Below are positions 1-13,500 of a DNA stretch of 64,000 nucleotides, in pieces (the first letter of the stretch is position 1; every line of letters begins with the position of its first letter). The notes beneath the pieces were generated by a model, which saw nothing but the letters and a program-made list of their open reading frames with translations, had not been told where the DNA came from and searched no databases. The translations under genes were made by a program, and so were the position numbers. This DNA is from Tubiluchus corallicola (Eukaryota > Animalia > Priapulida), in NCBI GenBank assembly GCA_030141605.1, contig JAQGDQ010000230.1, positions 248,001 to 312,000 of the forward strand, given 5' to 3'.

Positions 1-875
1 ATTGTAAAATTAGTAGAAGCTAGCATATTTTGAGCTTCTAGCACGATGATTTCAGAAAGTGAATCATGGTGAAATATTTTGCCTCGTCACATCAATCGCG
101 CCGATTCCACCCATTTCTTAACTCGAGTTAGTGGTCATTGTACCATACCCGCCGCCCATTTTATAGTTGCTCTAAAGCTCACGCAAAATTTCTACAAGTT
201 TCTGGCGAATATTAATGACACATATTCCTCATTTACAATTCATCGAAAAATTCACCGCAAAAGGAAATTCCAAGTTTTCAAGTTTATTCTGTAATAGCAT
301 GATTATGAAACAACAACCTATTATCTAATATGTAAGAAAAGTGGTTTTAGGCGTAGACATAAAGCGTTATGTGCAAACGTTGACTTTATTCTTCTGAAGG
401 AGAACAATATGTTCTGGTTATAAAGCAGAATTTTGATCGCAAACGACTGTCACACTAGCTGACGAAACGATCTTTTGTGCCTGTTTTTCAGCTTTTCTGT
501 TAATATTGCACCATTTTTATGTAACGTATACGGATATATCAAAGACGCCGCGCATAAGAACAAGTATGATAAAATAAACAGTTCGGGTAGACGCGGAATT
601 TATTTTATTGTATATGTGCTATTTTCCACTGCTGATGTTTACAACGGCCTGTATTCCATTCGAGTGAGTTTCTTGATTGGAAAATAAACAGTTCGGCACT
701 TAAAAATTAAAATTCTTGTTGAATATTAAAGAAAGTGGCAATGTTCTTTTCACAAATCTACAAATACCTTATGGTTTCTTTTCTGCAGTTTGCTGTGAAA
801 TGTGAATTTTGTGAACTCATATAAGTCAATTTGTAAAATACCATAGATAGCCTCCTCTTGTTTTAATGAAATCAC

Positions 876-1010
876 GTTTACTGGGACTCATGAGGTTTGC
901 AAGTTTACTGTGACTCACGAGGTTTACAGGCTTATTGTGATCTGTGAGGTTGACAGGTTTACAGTGACTCCTGAAGCTTTCAGATTTACTGTGACCTTTG
1001 ACCGTGAGGT
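876..1010. repeat. Degenerate 27-bp minisatellite, ~5 copies
   Basis: Units start at 876, 903, 930, 957 and 984; consensus GTTTACTGTGACTCACGAGGTTTACAG. Confidence 0.8.
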
Positions 1011-2412
1011 CAATTGAATGAGGTCCTGCCACTTTTTATTAGCTGGTTCATTTCGATCAGCCCTACAGGCAATTGATAATTAAGATTTCCGTTTAGGCCA
1101 CTTGGCTTCCCAGCCTGTGTGGGCAGACTGTACGTCACTTTTACTAGTCGCAGGCGACGCAACTGCCAATGCAGAGCATCAATGTCATTTGGACTACTCG
1201 CCACAGTAGTTAATGCAGTGTGAACGTCCCTACAGACTGAAGCCCGTTAGTTATGTGAATGTCACTTAACTGCTGACATTTCTGGGCGAGTTTTCATTAC
1301 CAGACGTTGCCGATTTCACATGCAAAATTACTCTATGAGCAATAAGGCATTATGGGCAGTGCCACATAAAATATTTATTATTAACGTAAGGTTTTATGGC
1401 AAACTGTGCCCTATCTACATCTTCCTACGCAACTATTGAGAAGTAATAAAACCCATTCCATGATCGATATAGATAAAGTTTTTTAGGTTCAAGCACCTGT
1501 AGGCCTGATATTGACTTTTAACCAAAAAACAAAATAGAATATTGAAGTCTTCTTTTTATTCCACTTTTAAATGCATTAAAAACCAAACTTTTGTGAAACT
1601 ACTGTGCCCATAAAAAGGTTATTCATTTACATAATAAATTCGTGTTTGCTGAATAACCTGGTGGACAAATTCTTTCAGAATAAGGCCTCACACAGTTTTT
1701 ACATAGCTAACAATGCAGTTCCTATATATCTGCAATTTACATTAATAAAACAAATGCAGAGAAATGATAATCTTTAGCTAAATTTATTTGGTCAGTACAA
1801 AAAAATCCCTTGCCGGGCTAATAAAAACCATTTCAATCCACAAGAATTTGTTAATTAATGGTATAGTGAGAGTCCTTGTTATTTTATTTAGCCAATGAAA
1901 TTTACGTAAGTAATAAATGTACGTGTAATACTAGTGCATGAAAAATAATTATTTGTACAATCAAACAATTTTAACAAACATATACTGTATTTACTTCAAT
2001 TTCAATAATCTAATGAATATACACTGGTAATAATGAAACGCTATTTCATAAAAGAATGCAGAAATTTATTTTACTTTTGTAGAGGTAGAATCAAAGTAAT
2101 AATAAATAACGTTGTATTGCACCAATGCTACATAAAATATATTGCAAAAATCAAAAAAGAAAGATTTGAACTGTTTTTATATTATAAGATACATACTTAT
2201 ATTGGTTGTACAGACCAATTCTAAGTGCGACAACTATACTGTTGTACGTTAATCTGTTACTTAGTAAGAAAAGATAAATGGTAATAATGAAATAATGAAA
2301 CTAGCACCTACAAGTAAAATTCTGTAAGAAACATGCTTTACTGTGACAGATTAAAAAACATAAGTGCAGCATTTAGTAACGCAGTTATAAATGCACATCT
2401 TATTGCAAATAT

Positions 2413-2460
2413 AGTATTAGACTAAATACGCTCTGCATACAGTATTAGACTAACAACGCT
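2413..2460. repeat. Short direct duplication (AGTATTAGACTAA...ACGCT x2, 28-bp period)
   Basis: Directly visible at 2413 and 2441. Confidence 0.7.
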
Positions 2461-4293
2461 TAGCTGAGTGCAAATTCAACACAGTTTATTTCTGAAATTA
2501 CTAGTAAATCTGTGCTCTTTGGTTTACAGTAATTAAGATATTTACGTGACGTAAAATCTAACAAATATGGTCCTGCTTAAATTTTAGACTCACAAATCAC
2601 AATTTTATTGTTAGATCTACTGCAAAAACAATTAAACCTCACATATGAACTGTTAAATGTTTATATCATAACCCTAGTACTTCAAAGAAATTATCTGCAA
2701 GACACTAATTCAAAATTGCATATCGTTCAAACACATTTGCTAACTTTCAAATGGTCTCTAAAACTACAAGCTCACTAGCAATGAGACTCAATAAATGAAT
2801 ATATTAATATATGAATAAAATCTCTAGTTTGTAAGTTAAGTGAGGCTCATTTTAATCTCAAATGAAATTGAATATGCCTTTCACATATAATTGAAAACAT
2901 CTCAAAATAATTTAGATTTAATATAAACTTGAAGAACAATTTTTAAGTGTGCTTACTTGAAATAAATTCTATTAAATAATGTCAATATTAACATCACTCA
3001 TCAATAATTATAATATACAGAACACAGACTAAATTTGAATATATTTTGTAAAACAAACAATATAAAAAATAACAAATGGAACTAATAATGTTAATATCAA
3101 CTTCTAAACTTTTGTTATTTGTTTTTAAACTTACGTTAATGTTGTGCTTATTTTAACATAAGCCTTTTATTATTAAAAATCCAGCTTAAGAGTCCAAAAG
3201 CAGAGTAACTTAAGAAAAACATTTAATAATTATTTTTATTGTGAATACAAGTTAAATGATAAGTAGTGCAGACAGAATACTAGTGTTAGAGAGTAATGTG
3301 ATACATAATGTCAATGTTTTGCATTATGCTTTATAAAGCTACTCTCACATATATTAAGTTTTTATAGTAAGAATATTGTAGAATAATATTACTTTAAAAA
3401 ATTTGCTCAGATAAAGTTGATTGTACTTGGGGTGCTTACCACTTGCCCACAAGACAGGTTATATTTTCTATACTTCTACATCAGGTATGGCCACTTTCAC
3501 ACTAGGGTTTCCGAAAACTCATTAATCGATAAACCTAATTAAATAAGTGTTGAATCGAAGTTGCTGTAGTATATTATTATTTTACTTTACCAATTTATGC
3601 CAATGGTAGACATGCTAAAATGCCTGAAACTGCTGAAGGCCTATTAGGAACCCCAGATAAAAAACACATGAGGGTATGACTAATGAACAGATCCCGCATG
3701 CATTAGAAAAAAGTTTTAATGTAAAAACTTTCCACGCATTCACCATTTACACACATGGCAAACTCGGTCATCTTCAGGCTTCATAGGTGACCAGACTCAT
3801 GTCTAAACTTCACATATGTCATAACCAATTTGGTTTCATACCCTCACTCGGCAGTTTCATTGATTATACTGATTGTGCCTGCTTATCTTGTACAGGGTAG
3901 ACATAAAGATTACATACATCCTTAATATGACTAAGACACCTCTGCTGGTTCAGTTGATACCGTACAAAACTTTTATAGATTCTGGTCATGCCACAAACGA
4001 CAACGTTGAACAGACCCTGCCGCTGAACACTGAATTCCGACTTGCAGTGCATGCGAGCGTAAAAAAATCTTAATTTTTACCATGTTAGAGCAATTTATGA
4101 ACAAGTACAATGAATAAACAATGTAACACATCCCTGCTGTCACAAGGCATTAAACAAAAAATCCTAGGCTATCTTCTGTGAAGAATGAAATGAAATAAAA
4201 ATATAAAAACCTCTTGCCTCTTCAGCTTTTGTTTAATATATGTCTGAACATGTCAGGTCTCATGTAATAAGGCAAAATTTACACATTAAAACA

Positions 4294-4299
4294 TTTATT
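4294..4299 (-). terminator. Candidate polyadenylation signal (AATAAA) for the MIPOL1-like gene
   Basis: First AATAAA I saw on the minus strand, ~210 nt after the stop codon. The hexamer is common in AT-rich DNA. Confidence 0.3.
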
Positions 4300-4505
4300 G
4301 TTTCAAAAAAAATTAACAAAAATTTTGCAACATAATTTGTAAGAAAATCTAACAATGTGGAGGTTTCAGATTTGTACTAACTCACTCAGGACTCACATCC
4401 CATCTACATATCCTCACAGTTTCAAAAACAAACCAAATACTGTGATTGTTGCTGTGGGTGCTGCTGTCATTACTACTATTCTTGTACATAATCCTAGAGA
4501 TGTCT

Positions 4506-4566
4506 CTACTCAATCATAGACAATCCGTTTACTCGTTTCCGTAGGACAGTTATTACTTTCTTGTAC
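4506..4566 (-). CDS. MIPOL1: MIPOL1-like terminal coding exon (KYKKVITVLRKRVNGLSMIE*)
   Basis: cttttttgtag|G, phase 2, TAG stop ending at 4506. Parallel to KLERLVDVLRKKVG. Confidence 0.85.
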
Positions 4567-7500
4567 CTACAAAAAAGTACTGTGAATAAAACTAGTATCA
4601 AGGCACATAGAATAAATGATACAGAAATCACAACAATTGCAAAGTAGGCTCATATCTTGGTTTGCTGGACCTCGCTTTTACGGAGATCAGAAGAATTGGA
4701 CAAAATCTGGACCGTTAAAAAGTCCCGCATAGTCAGCTGACTGCTAGTTGACGGGCTGTCACTTTGTTGTTTTTACATCATTACATCAGTAATTCCAAGC
4801 AGCATGTAACGACAGCGTGTAATTATGCAAGTTATTTTGGTCAATTGCTGACAGTTTTTATATACTTTTGCATAGGAACGGCCCGGCCCGTTCAACTAGA
4901 CGTTTTTAAAATTTTGAGACAATTAGGTGATTGATTCTACATTACTGTGAGTCTAATACATTTCGCCTATTGCATTAGCTTAGTATCGGTAAGTACGGAC
5001 AACTGGTAAATTCGATACCAAATAAGGTGGTTGTCTTTAAATTTAAGAGCAAACGCTAAAGCAGGAACTTCAGGTACACCTTTACCAGTAACTAATCTGC
5101 CATCCGATCTTAGAGGATTCTTGATAATGAGATGAAATTAGTTCTTGTGCACCCAACATCCTGCCAACAAGTGCTAGGCACTGACTTTAAGTGTGCTGAA
5201 CAATGTGAAAAATATGAACACTCCTTTTGTATCAACAAAAGAAATCTCTCATATGCCATTTTAAGTATTACGTATAAATAGGTATTTTTAAAAGACTATT
5301 AATTTTTCATTAATAATAGCTAAACAGATTTTGCACAATTTTAACAGACTAACCAATACAATGTACCATGATTTCAAACCGCCACTCCAAATGCTTTTAG
5401 AGATGTGGTCAAATAAATGATTCTAACCCCCAATGTGCTAACCAGATCGTAATAAAATTCAATAGGTCAAATGCCCACCCCGTCAACATCCATGCCAACA
5501 TGCTTTTACTTGAGCAGATATGGCAAAGGTTTGACACATTGCCAAAGGTCCAGGAGAACATGTACATCATGACTGGAAAGAGTTGTTCAGACAAAGACTT
5601 TTAAATCAAATAGAAACAAGCAAAATATGCAAGTGGGTATTAAAGGAATAAAACAATTGGCCCACTCACTTCAAACTAATGATAGCTGGAGAATATTAGA
5701 AGAACTAGGAAAGTAAATACGCGATTATACGTCCAGTGAAGACTAGTGTCCATGTACACAAACACATCAAAGCATCAGTGTTGAACAAATTTACCTTTAA
5801 CATATAACTGGTGTATCTTACTTTATTCAGCATGAAGACACCCTTTCAAATGTTATAAGCTGATATTTTGTGCAAATGCCAAATAGTCAGCGTCATTGGA
5901 AATTTCCTTTTGTTTCAATACAGCAACAATGTCACGCGATTAGAAAAATTGGTATCTCTGCATGTATTATGATTGTGCATAGTACTGTGACATTAACCAC
6001 ATTAACCATCTATACCTTTATGCTAAACAAACAAAATTTGGTTTTTGCTCAGTAATAATAAATAATAATAATAAAGCAAAATAATAAAGTTGATAAAGCA
6101 TACGTAGGATGATGGTCAACTTCCTATCTCTCTCTTGTTCTAACATTTTTCAAACACCACAAGTTTGAAAACCAAGTTCGCAGTTTGATTACAAAACATT
6201 AGTGCAGCATTTACATCATAGTATTTGTGTCTTTGGAACAGCTATGAATCACAAATAAAGCAGCTTGCAACCATAACTAGTGTTGAGTGTGACACAACAT
6301 AACATATTTTGTTATTATACCATGATGTAGTTTATCATCATGTATATCAAGATCACAAGCCCGTTTGAAACCCGGCTTGCCTACTAAAACTTAACGCGAC
6401 CTTTAATTTTATAGGATATGGGTCAGCACTAGCTACAAATAAAAGACTTTTGCCTGGAAGCTACATTGATGAATATTTTTTTTACTTAAATCTAGTTTTA
6501 ATAATAATCTCTGCCAGCAGTGTTAACAACTTGTGGGCTACCTCCATTACATAAAATTTTTTGGTAGAAATATTGTGAAAAATCAATAAATTTATAAAAG
6601 TAGGAAGAAGTATTGCATTATCATACTATCTATTCAAATGCAAGTTGTCCTTTAATTTTAGTAGATAAGACTATCATCACGACTTTAACACCAATGAAAA
6701 CAACAAGATCAGTGATACTAAACTTCTGCTGCCTAGGTAAGATTATTTTATAACTTTTTTAAAACAGCATTAGCAATCATGGTTTTCTTTGGGTTTCAGA
6801 AAAAAGAAAATCAAAGTTGAAAGTGGCTATAATGAAATGTATCATCATTACGTATCATCAGCATCACCACTTCTGACAAATGCACTCTAAGACAGGGCAA
6901 TGGATTAGGCTTGATTGCAATGCTCAGGGACAACCCGCATTAACATTTACGGACACGATGACAGGGAGAGATGAGGCACAGATGAGACGGCTTGTTAATT
7001 TCTATACAAACACTGGCGTTATTACGGTAAGTCATTAAGCGAAATTACTCGCTGTTTACCGATGATGATTAGAATCCGTTCACACAACTACTGCTGAATA
7101 TTAAACATCCGAATATAGTTAGAATTTAAGAGTTAATCTTCGAATAGATCCCACGACAGAAGTTAATGTGAACATTGCGAACAACATGGAAAATCAAACT
7201 GAAGATAAAAAAGAATGGTATCCATTTTAAGCTAAGAAAGAAAATTTGCTGCTTAGGCCTACTTTGAAATGGGACTTAACATGAATTTAATGTTTTGCAG
7301 TTTCAAAATATATAACCAAAAATATTGTCACTAACTAAAATTTATACAAGTTAGGCACCATAAATAGCTTTACATACAAATCTTTAAAGCTAAAATTCAT
7401 GTGCATCTATTATGAATTAACAATTGTGCCAGAGAAAGCAACGAAATATTTTGAAGCATGTTTTGTGGCCACAGCAATAATTGCTCCAAACAGATGAACT

Positions 7501-10500
7501 AGTAATGCAAAAACGTTTAACGGTAGTGCTTCAAATAATATTTTTGATGGCATGAGGCTGTTAAAGATGATTTATCATAGGTGACTGTTTACATAGCTAG
7601 CACAGAAGTTTGTGTGCGTGACTGATGTGCTGTGAAAACAAACAGTGGTTTCTGCTATAATAATTAGAGGAGATATTAATAGGAGGTAGGGAAAAATGAG
7701 TGAAGCCTCTATACAGCCACTAATTAAAAATGCATAGTGAACATTGCTCTAGCAAAATGAGCTTACCAATTTCGTCAGCAAAAGATCATTAATTACTATT
7801 AACTATATAAAAACTTAACTAACATGTTTGCTTAATATTTTAACTCATTCGTACTTTTCACAAGCAACTTGCAAATTTTTCTTCTCCTGCATCATTTCCC
7901 TGAAGTCAGTTAATGCTTTGTCTCGCTCAGAAAGGGCAGCATTTAAAGCAGAAGTGAGCTGGTTGTTGTCCTCTAGAGTACGATTTGCCAAGCTCTCTCT
8001 GTAAAAAAAACTGTGAACTAAAAACTGCAATAAATTTTGACAGAAAAGACGAGTTTTAAATTGTAGGTGGCCGGCCATAGGCCATGGCTAAAAAATTCTA
8101 GCATAAAATTTTTCATACAACAGTGATTTGTTTTTCACTGATGATAATATGTTGTATCTCAAATTTGTATCAACTAAATGTTATTACGACACATGATAAA
8201 CCAATAAATCATTTTTCAATTAAATTGAAAATTCAAATGACACTATTACAAAATATCTGAACTACGCTAAATAGTAAGTGCAGAAAATTGGGAGATTTCT
8301 TGTTACTTAAAATTTGACATAACTCTTTTTTTTATTAAAATGTTATAGTAGTAGTTTTGGAGATAATTGCAGCTAATATTAAACTTATAGTCGCTCATCC
8401 AAAGATGGCAAAAGTCAGTAACGTAATCAATAAATTTTAGTGTTATTGCTGAATGAAATAATATATTACATCGAAACAAAAAAAACCTTGGGTAAAAGCT
8501 AAAATTCAAGAGGAGAACTCTCTATAGCTAAACTAAGCAAGATCTTTGCTCGAGGCATCATTGTTTGCGATCGCTTTTTTTCACACTGATTCAATTGAAA
8601 GAGTGTACCGTCACTGTACACACAAATGCAAGCTTGATCTTTGTTTTAATGAAACTTCAGCCAAAAACATTGCAGAACACCAGAACAAATACCTTGTAAT
8701 ACTTCATTTTTATAAAGACTTTTGGAAGCTCCTAGGCAAACAGGAAGCCCAAATGTAAAGCAGAATATTATTCATCTAATACTTATTATTGAACAACAAT
8801 CGAATCATTTTCCAATATGGTACAGAATTAAGCAGGGCTGTGTTCTTTCTCCTACACTATTTACTCTTTCTGTATCTAACAGCCTCAGTTCTGCTGTATA
8901 TATAACATAAAATAGATTGAAAACCCTGAATAAATTAAACGATTTAGCTAGACTAAAGCAAGAACACTCATGTGAAATTTGCTTTAAGGTACTACTCTTT
9001 CGAAGAATAATTCAGCAATAATATCCTACACTGAAACAAAATTGGCAGAATGGTCGACAACATTTGGCTCAGCCGCCAACACTACAAAACGAAAATTCCA
9101 TATTATAACAACTTTGTCCACATCCACCTCAACCACACCCCCCACCAGATTGACCAAATACCACTGAACCACCTTGAAAAGCCTATCTTGATATAGCAGT
9201 TCTTCTAGTAACAAAATTGTTAGCGAAGAGTTAGATTTGGACAGCTACAGCAGCTTGTAGCAGCACAAAATTTCTACTCCAGCTAACTCATGATATCTTC
9301 ATAGTGCTACAATACTGACTTCCTACCCGTATTGTGCAGAGACTTACACACCTTACTGCAGACATATTCGGAAGCCCATCATACTAAAAATAAAACATGC
9401 TTGCCTAATTGTTGGCACTAAGTGAGAAGGCCCTATTTAAAATGTGGACTTATTAAAAGGAACATGTGTACAGAGTGTGAAAAACAATATCAGCAGAACA
9501 GATGGGCAAGATACCTTGATAGTAAAATTGTAAACGGAATTTCTCCCTGCAAGTGAAAAGTGGAACAAAAAGGTAGTATGAACAAAAGTCAGGTACAAAC
9601 ACAATCGTGTCTAAAAACATGATCTCAGAAGTTTGTCGACATATGCTCCTAAAATTTAATAAATGAGAGAGCTTTTGTCTAATCAGTAAGGTCCAAAAGT
9701 AGTTATTTATAAAATAGTAAAATACTTACTAAAATCTATAATACTAGAATATGCATAAGTATTTCCAAAAGTTGTGAGAAAGTAGTAACAGGAAAACTGG
9801 AGCGAACGCTACTAAATGCAGTGATAAAAACAGAACTACTTTTGATATTTTAAGACTGACAAAACAATTGTGGATATTTAACATGTTTTCTTTCTCTTTT
9901 GATATTTTTCATTTCATGTAAGATCTAAACTGATTTCAAATGATTTATTTCAAGCTATTAGTATCACCAAGATATTAATTAAGAGGACTGATTAAACAAA
10001 TCAAGACAAAACTGAACAAGAAAACATAGTTATGTTCATTGATGGCATAACCGCAAAGTACTCCAGCATTAGAGACCCTGCAAATATCATATGTATCCCC
10101 ACCTTTGATTCAGTTTAGATTGTAGGGCTGCCACAGCCACATTTGCTTGTTCCCGCCATTTTTCATTGCCAAACAGTGATTGTTGGAGGCTACAAATAAC
10201 AAATCAGAATTTAACAAACTAGAAAGTATGTTGTTGAGTTAATGACGTAGCTTAGTAATCTCAAAGTTTCTCGAAGTTGTTTCTGTAATATATTTCAAGA
10301 TAAAATGCATTTTTAAATAAAAATGTCCAATTTGGTTTTTTTAATATATCAAGATGAAATCACTGTTGTTAGTTGATAAAACTAATAAGAAAAAGATAAC
10401 AATACAATATATTGCTAAGTGTTAATAATAAAAATAAGTACTGGAATGAATGTGGTCCTGGAAATGAGTAATGGAAATGTGAAAATGCAACAATGGGTTT

Positions 10501-13500
10501 GCAAAATCATTTAAAGCCAGCTAAATCATGATAGTAATTTGTGTTTCAGGATTAATGAAGGACAGAATCAGATTCACAAAAAAGGAAGCAGAAGAACGAA
10601 GTGAAGAAAAAGCCTCTAGTCGAAACTAGCAAGTACAAATAACTGATCGGCACATGTACAAGACTTAGCATGCAGCTGTGTCATAAATGAGTAACACAGT
10701 TTTCTGAGTGAAAAGTGTTACGTGTCGGTAGTCAGTAAAAAATGTAAAAGACAATTCAAATTAATTGTTACTGAAAAGTAAAAATATTAGCATTTTCTAA
10801 AAGTTAATCTGGGAGATGCTTGAAAGATTCAATTTGGAAGAGTGTTCAGCAAATTACAAATGCAGTTGTAAAAATTATGTTATCTTAGCCTATGATAAAT
10901 CAATAACCTTATAGGATTAACTGATACTACACGTAGTAATCAAATGTTCAAGCATAAGCATGATATATATGCACTTGTTGTACATACTCTGCTCACTTTT
11001 GTTTGTTTAAAAAATATAAATAAAACTTTTTGTGATACAATAACAGACTCGGCAAAAAACAATTTTCCTATTACTTCAGAAATAGTGAAAGTAAAAGATA
11101 GCAGTAAGTAATGTGCAGAAAAGTATTAAAAGAAAAAGCAAACTGACAAAACCATACAAAAGAACAGTTTTAGATCTGATCTTCAGTCTTTAAGAGTTTT
11201 ACTTTACATAAGATCTACTGCCACACTATTTATTTTGTTCTAATAAGCAAAATTATGATAGCTGAAAAATTATTCAATATAAAAAAATTTCCCTTAAGGT
11301 GATAGGTACAAAGGCACAACGAACTAACGTTCACAAAATTTTATTTATCTCTTCGTAAAGATTTTTCTACAGTATTCTGAAAATCCATAAGCAAAGTTGC
11401 CATCGCAGCAACGTTTAAAACATGATACTACGCCATTTTTAATAATGATTTGCTCTGTCGGCAGCTGAATTTGATAAGATTGTTAATTCTATGTGGAACT
11501 AGAGTATTATACTGTTCAAACACAGTCTTCATTAGGAACCCAATACCCAAGAAGTAACAATTGTTATTTGTTCGAGTGGTCACTGTCGCCATGAAGAGAT
11601 GACAGTAGTGGACAATGGCACCCCAATACAGTTTAGCCTCCATCGAATGGAGGTCTTTGGACAACAAGACTAACCACAGTGCAAACCAAGATCAGGCCTT
11701 GGACAAACTGAGGCTAATCTTGCACTGTTTACTTCATCTGGCAAAGATGTCATTGTTGTTCCTGGTTATGGACTAAGGCCATATTGTCCTGACTGAAAAC
11801 AAAGAACAATGAGCAAAGCTGGGACTATGAGATTCAAGAGTTTGCTCACTAATTAAGTGTTTTCTTACAGTCAATATTGCAGGCTGGTTAACCGGGACTG
11901 TATCCTACTTATCACCTGTGCCGAACACTCAGACAAGCAAACAACTTCAGGTGATTATTGAGAAGTTTAAAGTTTAAGTGCACCATGTGGGTTATGACCG
12001 GTGACAGAGTTCAATTAGTTTCTTCAACAGCAATATTTAGCAATGAGTGAGTCATAATAAACTAACGCTTATTAATAGATGATGTAATTTTGTTACAAAA
12101 TATCAAGTGTAAAATGCAATTTAACCAAACTTAATTTTTCACATTAAAAATTAAGAAGATATTTTACTTTTTTTCTAGTTCAATTACTTGATTAATAAAT
12201 AAGAAAACATTTATTTATATTAATTATTGGATATAATACATATATATGTAATGCCGATACCTTAAAAATAATAGACATGTGACTGTAGCACAATAAAATA
12301 TTTCATACCATTCGAAATATTTACATAATCTATCACAATAACCCTCATTTCAGATATGTAATTTATTTGTGAAAATGAAAGTTTTCAACATTATTCAGTG
12401 AGTGGTTAATGCCACATGATATGGAACAATTTCAAATCTAGCAATCAGACAGCAGCAAATATTTCACTCCTCAGCAAAAGAAAAGAAAATGAAAACTGAT
12501 CAAGTTTCTCCATTTCGCTTCAGTTTGTCAATGACAAACTATAAATTTTCAGAAGCTGTGTGCTACCGGCAAACATGTCTAATATTTGACTAGCAAACGG
12601 CTTTAGCTCCACCGAATACACATTTACATGTGAGGCATGCGAAATATTAAAACATCAATTTACTTGGAAAACACTCGACATTTACCCATAACAGATTTGG
12701 ATTTGTTGGCAGACAACATTGAAGACAGACTAACATGTTATAAGAGCACACACAGTGCTGCAAAGATGCATTTACACAGGTAAGCAAAAACAGTAGGAAA
12801 CTGTTGTATCTGTCAATGTTAAGAGAGTGTCTTGAGTCTATATGGAAGAGCCACTGGGTATATATACAGAGTTAAACTGGTAAACAATTAAAGCCAAGTC
12901 TGCTACCATATGTATTTGAAGAAATTGCAGAACAGATAAACATTGCATGCGATGTTGTTCAACAAATACACAATGCGGAAAGCAAAATGGCCGACCCGTG
13001 GTGAATATTTGCGTGTCGTACCGAAGACAAAGAACGAGCGTCTGTTAAACGTGAGTCATGCAGGCTAGTAAAGATCGATTTACAACAGAAACAAAAATGC
13101 AATCTATAGTTATTACAATTCCGCTTAAATTAATTAACATCAAACATAAACAAAAAGACTAACAGACACATAAGGTCTTGCAAAACTATCTGTAAAAAAA
13201 CAAAAATAACAATACTTTAATACCTATATTGTAAAGCCGAGTTTTCCATTTCATCTTGCAGATCGTGCACTTTTGCCAAGGCATCATTACGTTCCTTGGA
13301 GACTTTGTCCAGTTGATCCTAAAAAATGATTCTGAGTAAATAAATAGAAGAAGCATAACACAAAGTACTAAAATATGGAAAAGCAAATCAGAAATAACTG
13401 TTCATAGATAGATAACAAAAATTGTAATATCTCTTTGAGGTATGTTTTGCCTATTAACCAGTTAAAAACTAGCTGTTGGTATCTTGCATTAGTAGAAGTA

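Noticed and set aside
876-1010. Possible CRISPR-like array
   Set aside because: Adjacent degenerate tandem units with no unique spacers, no cas genes and a eukaryotic context.
11677-11730. Imperfect hairpin (ACAGTGCAA...TTGCACTGT)
   Set aside because: Only 9 bp of perfect stem with large bulges; expected by chance or from TE debris.
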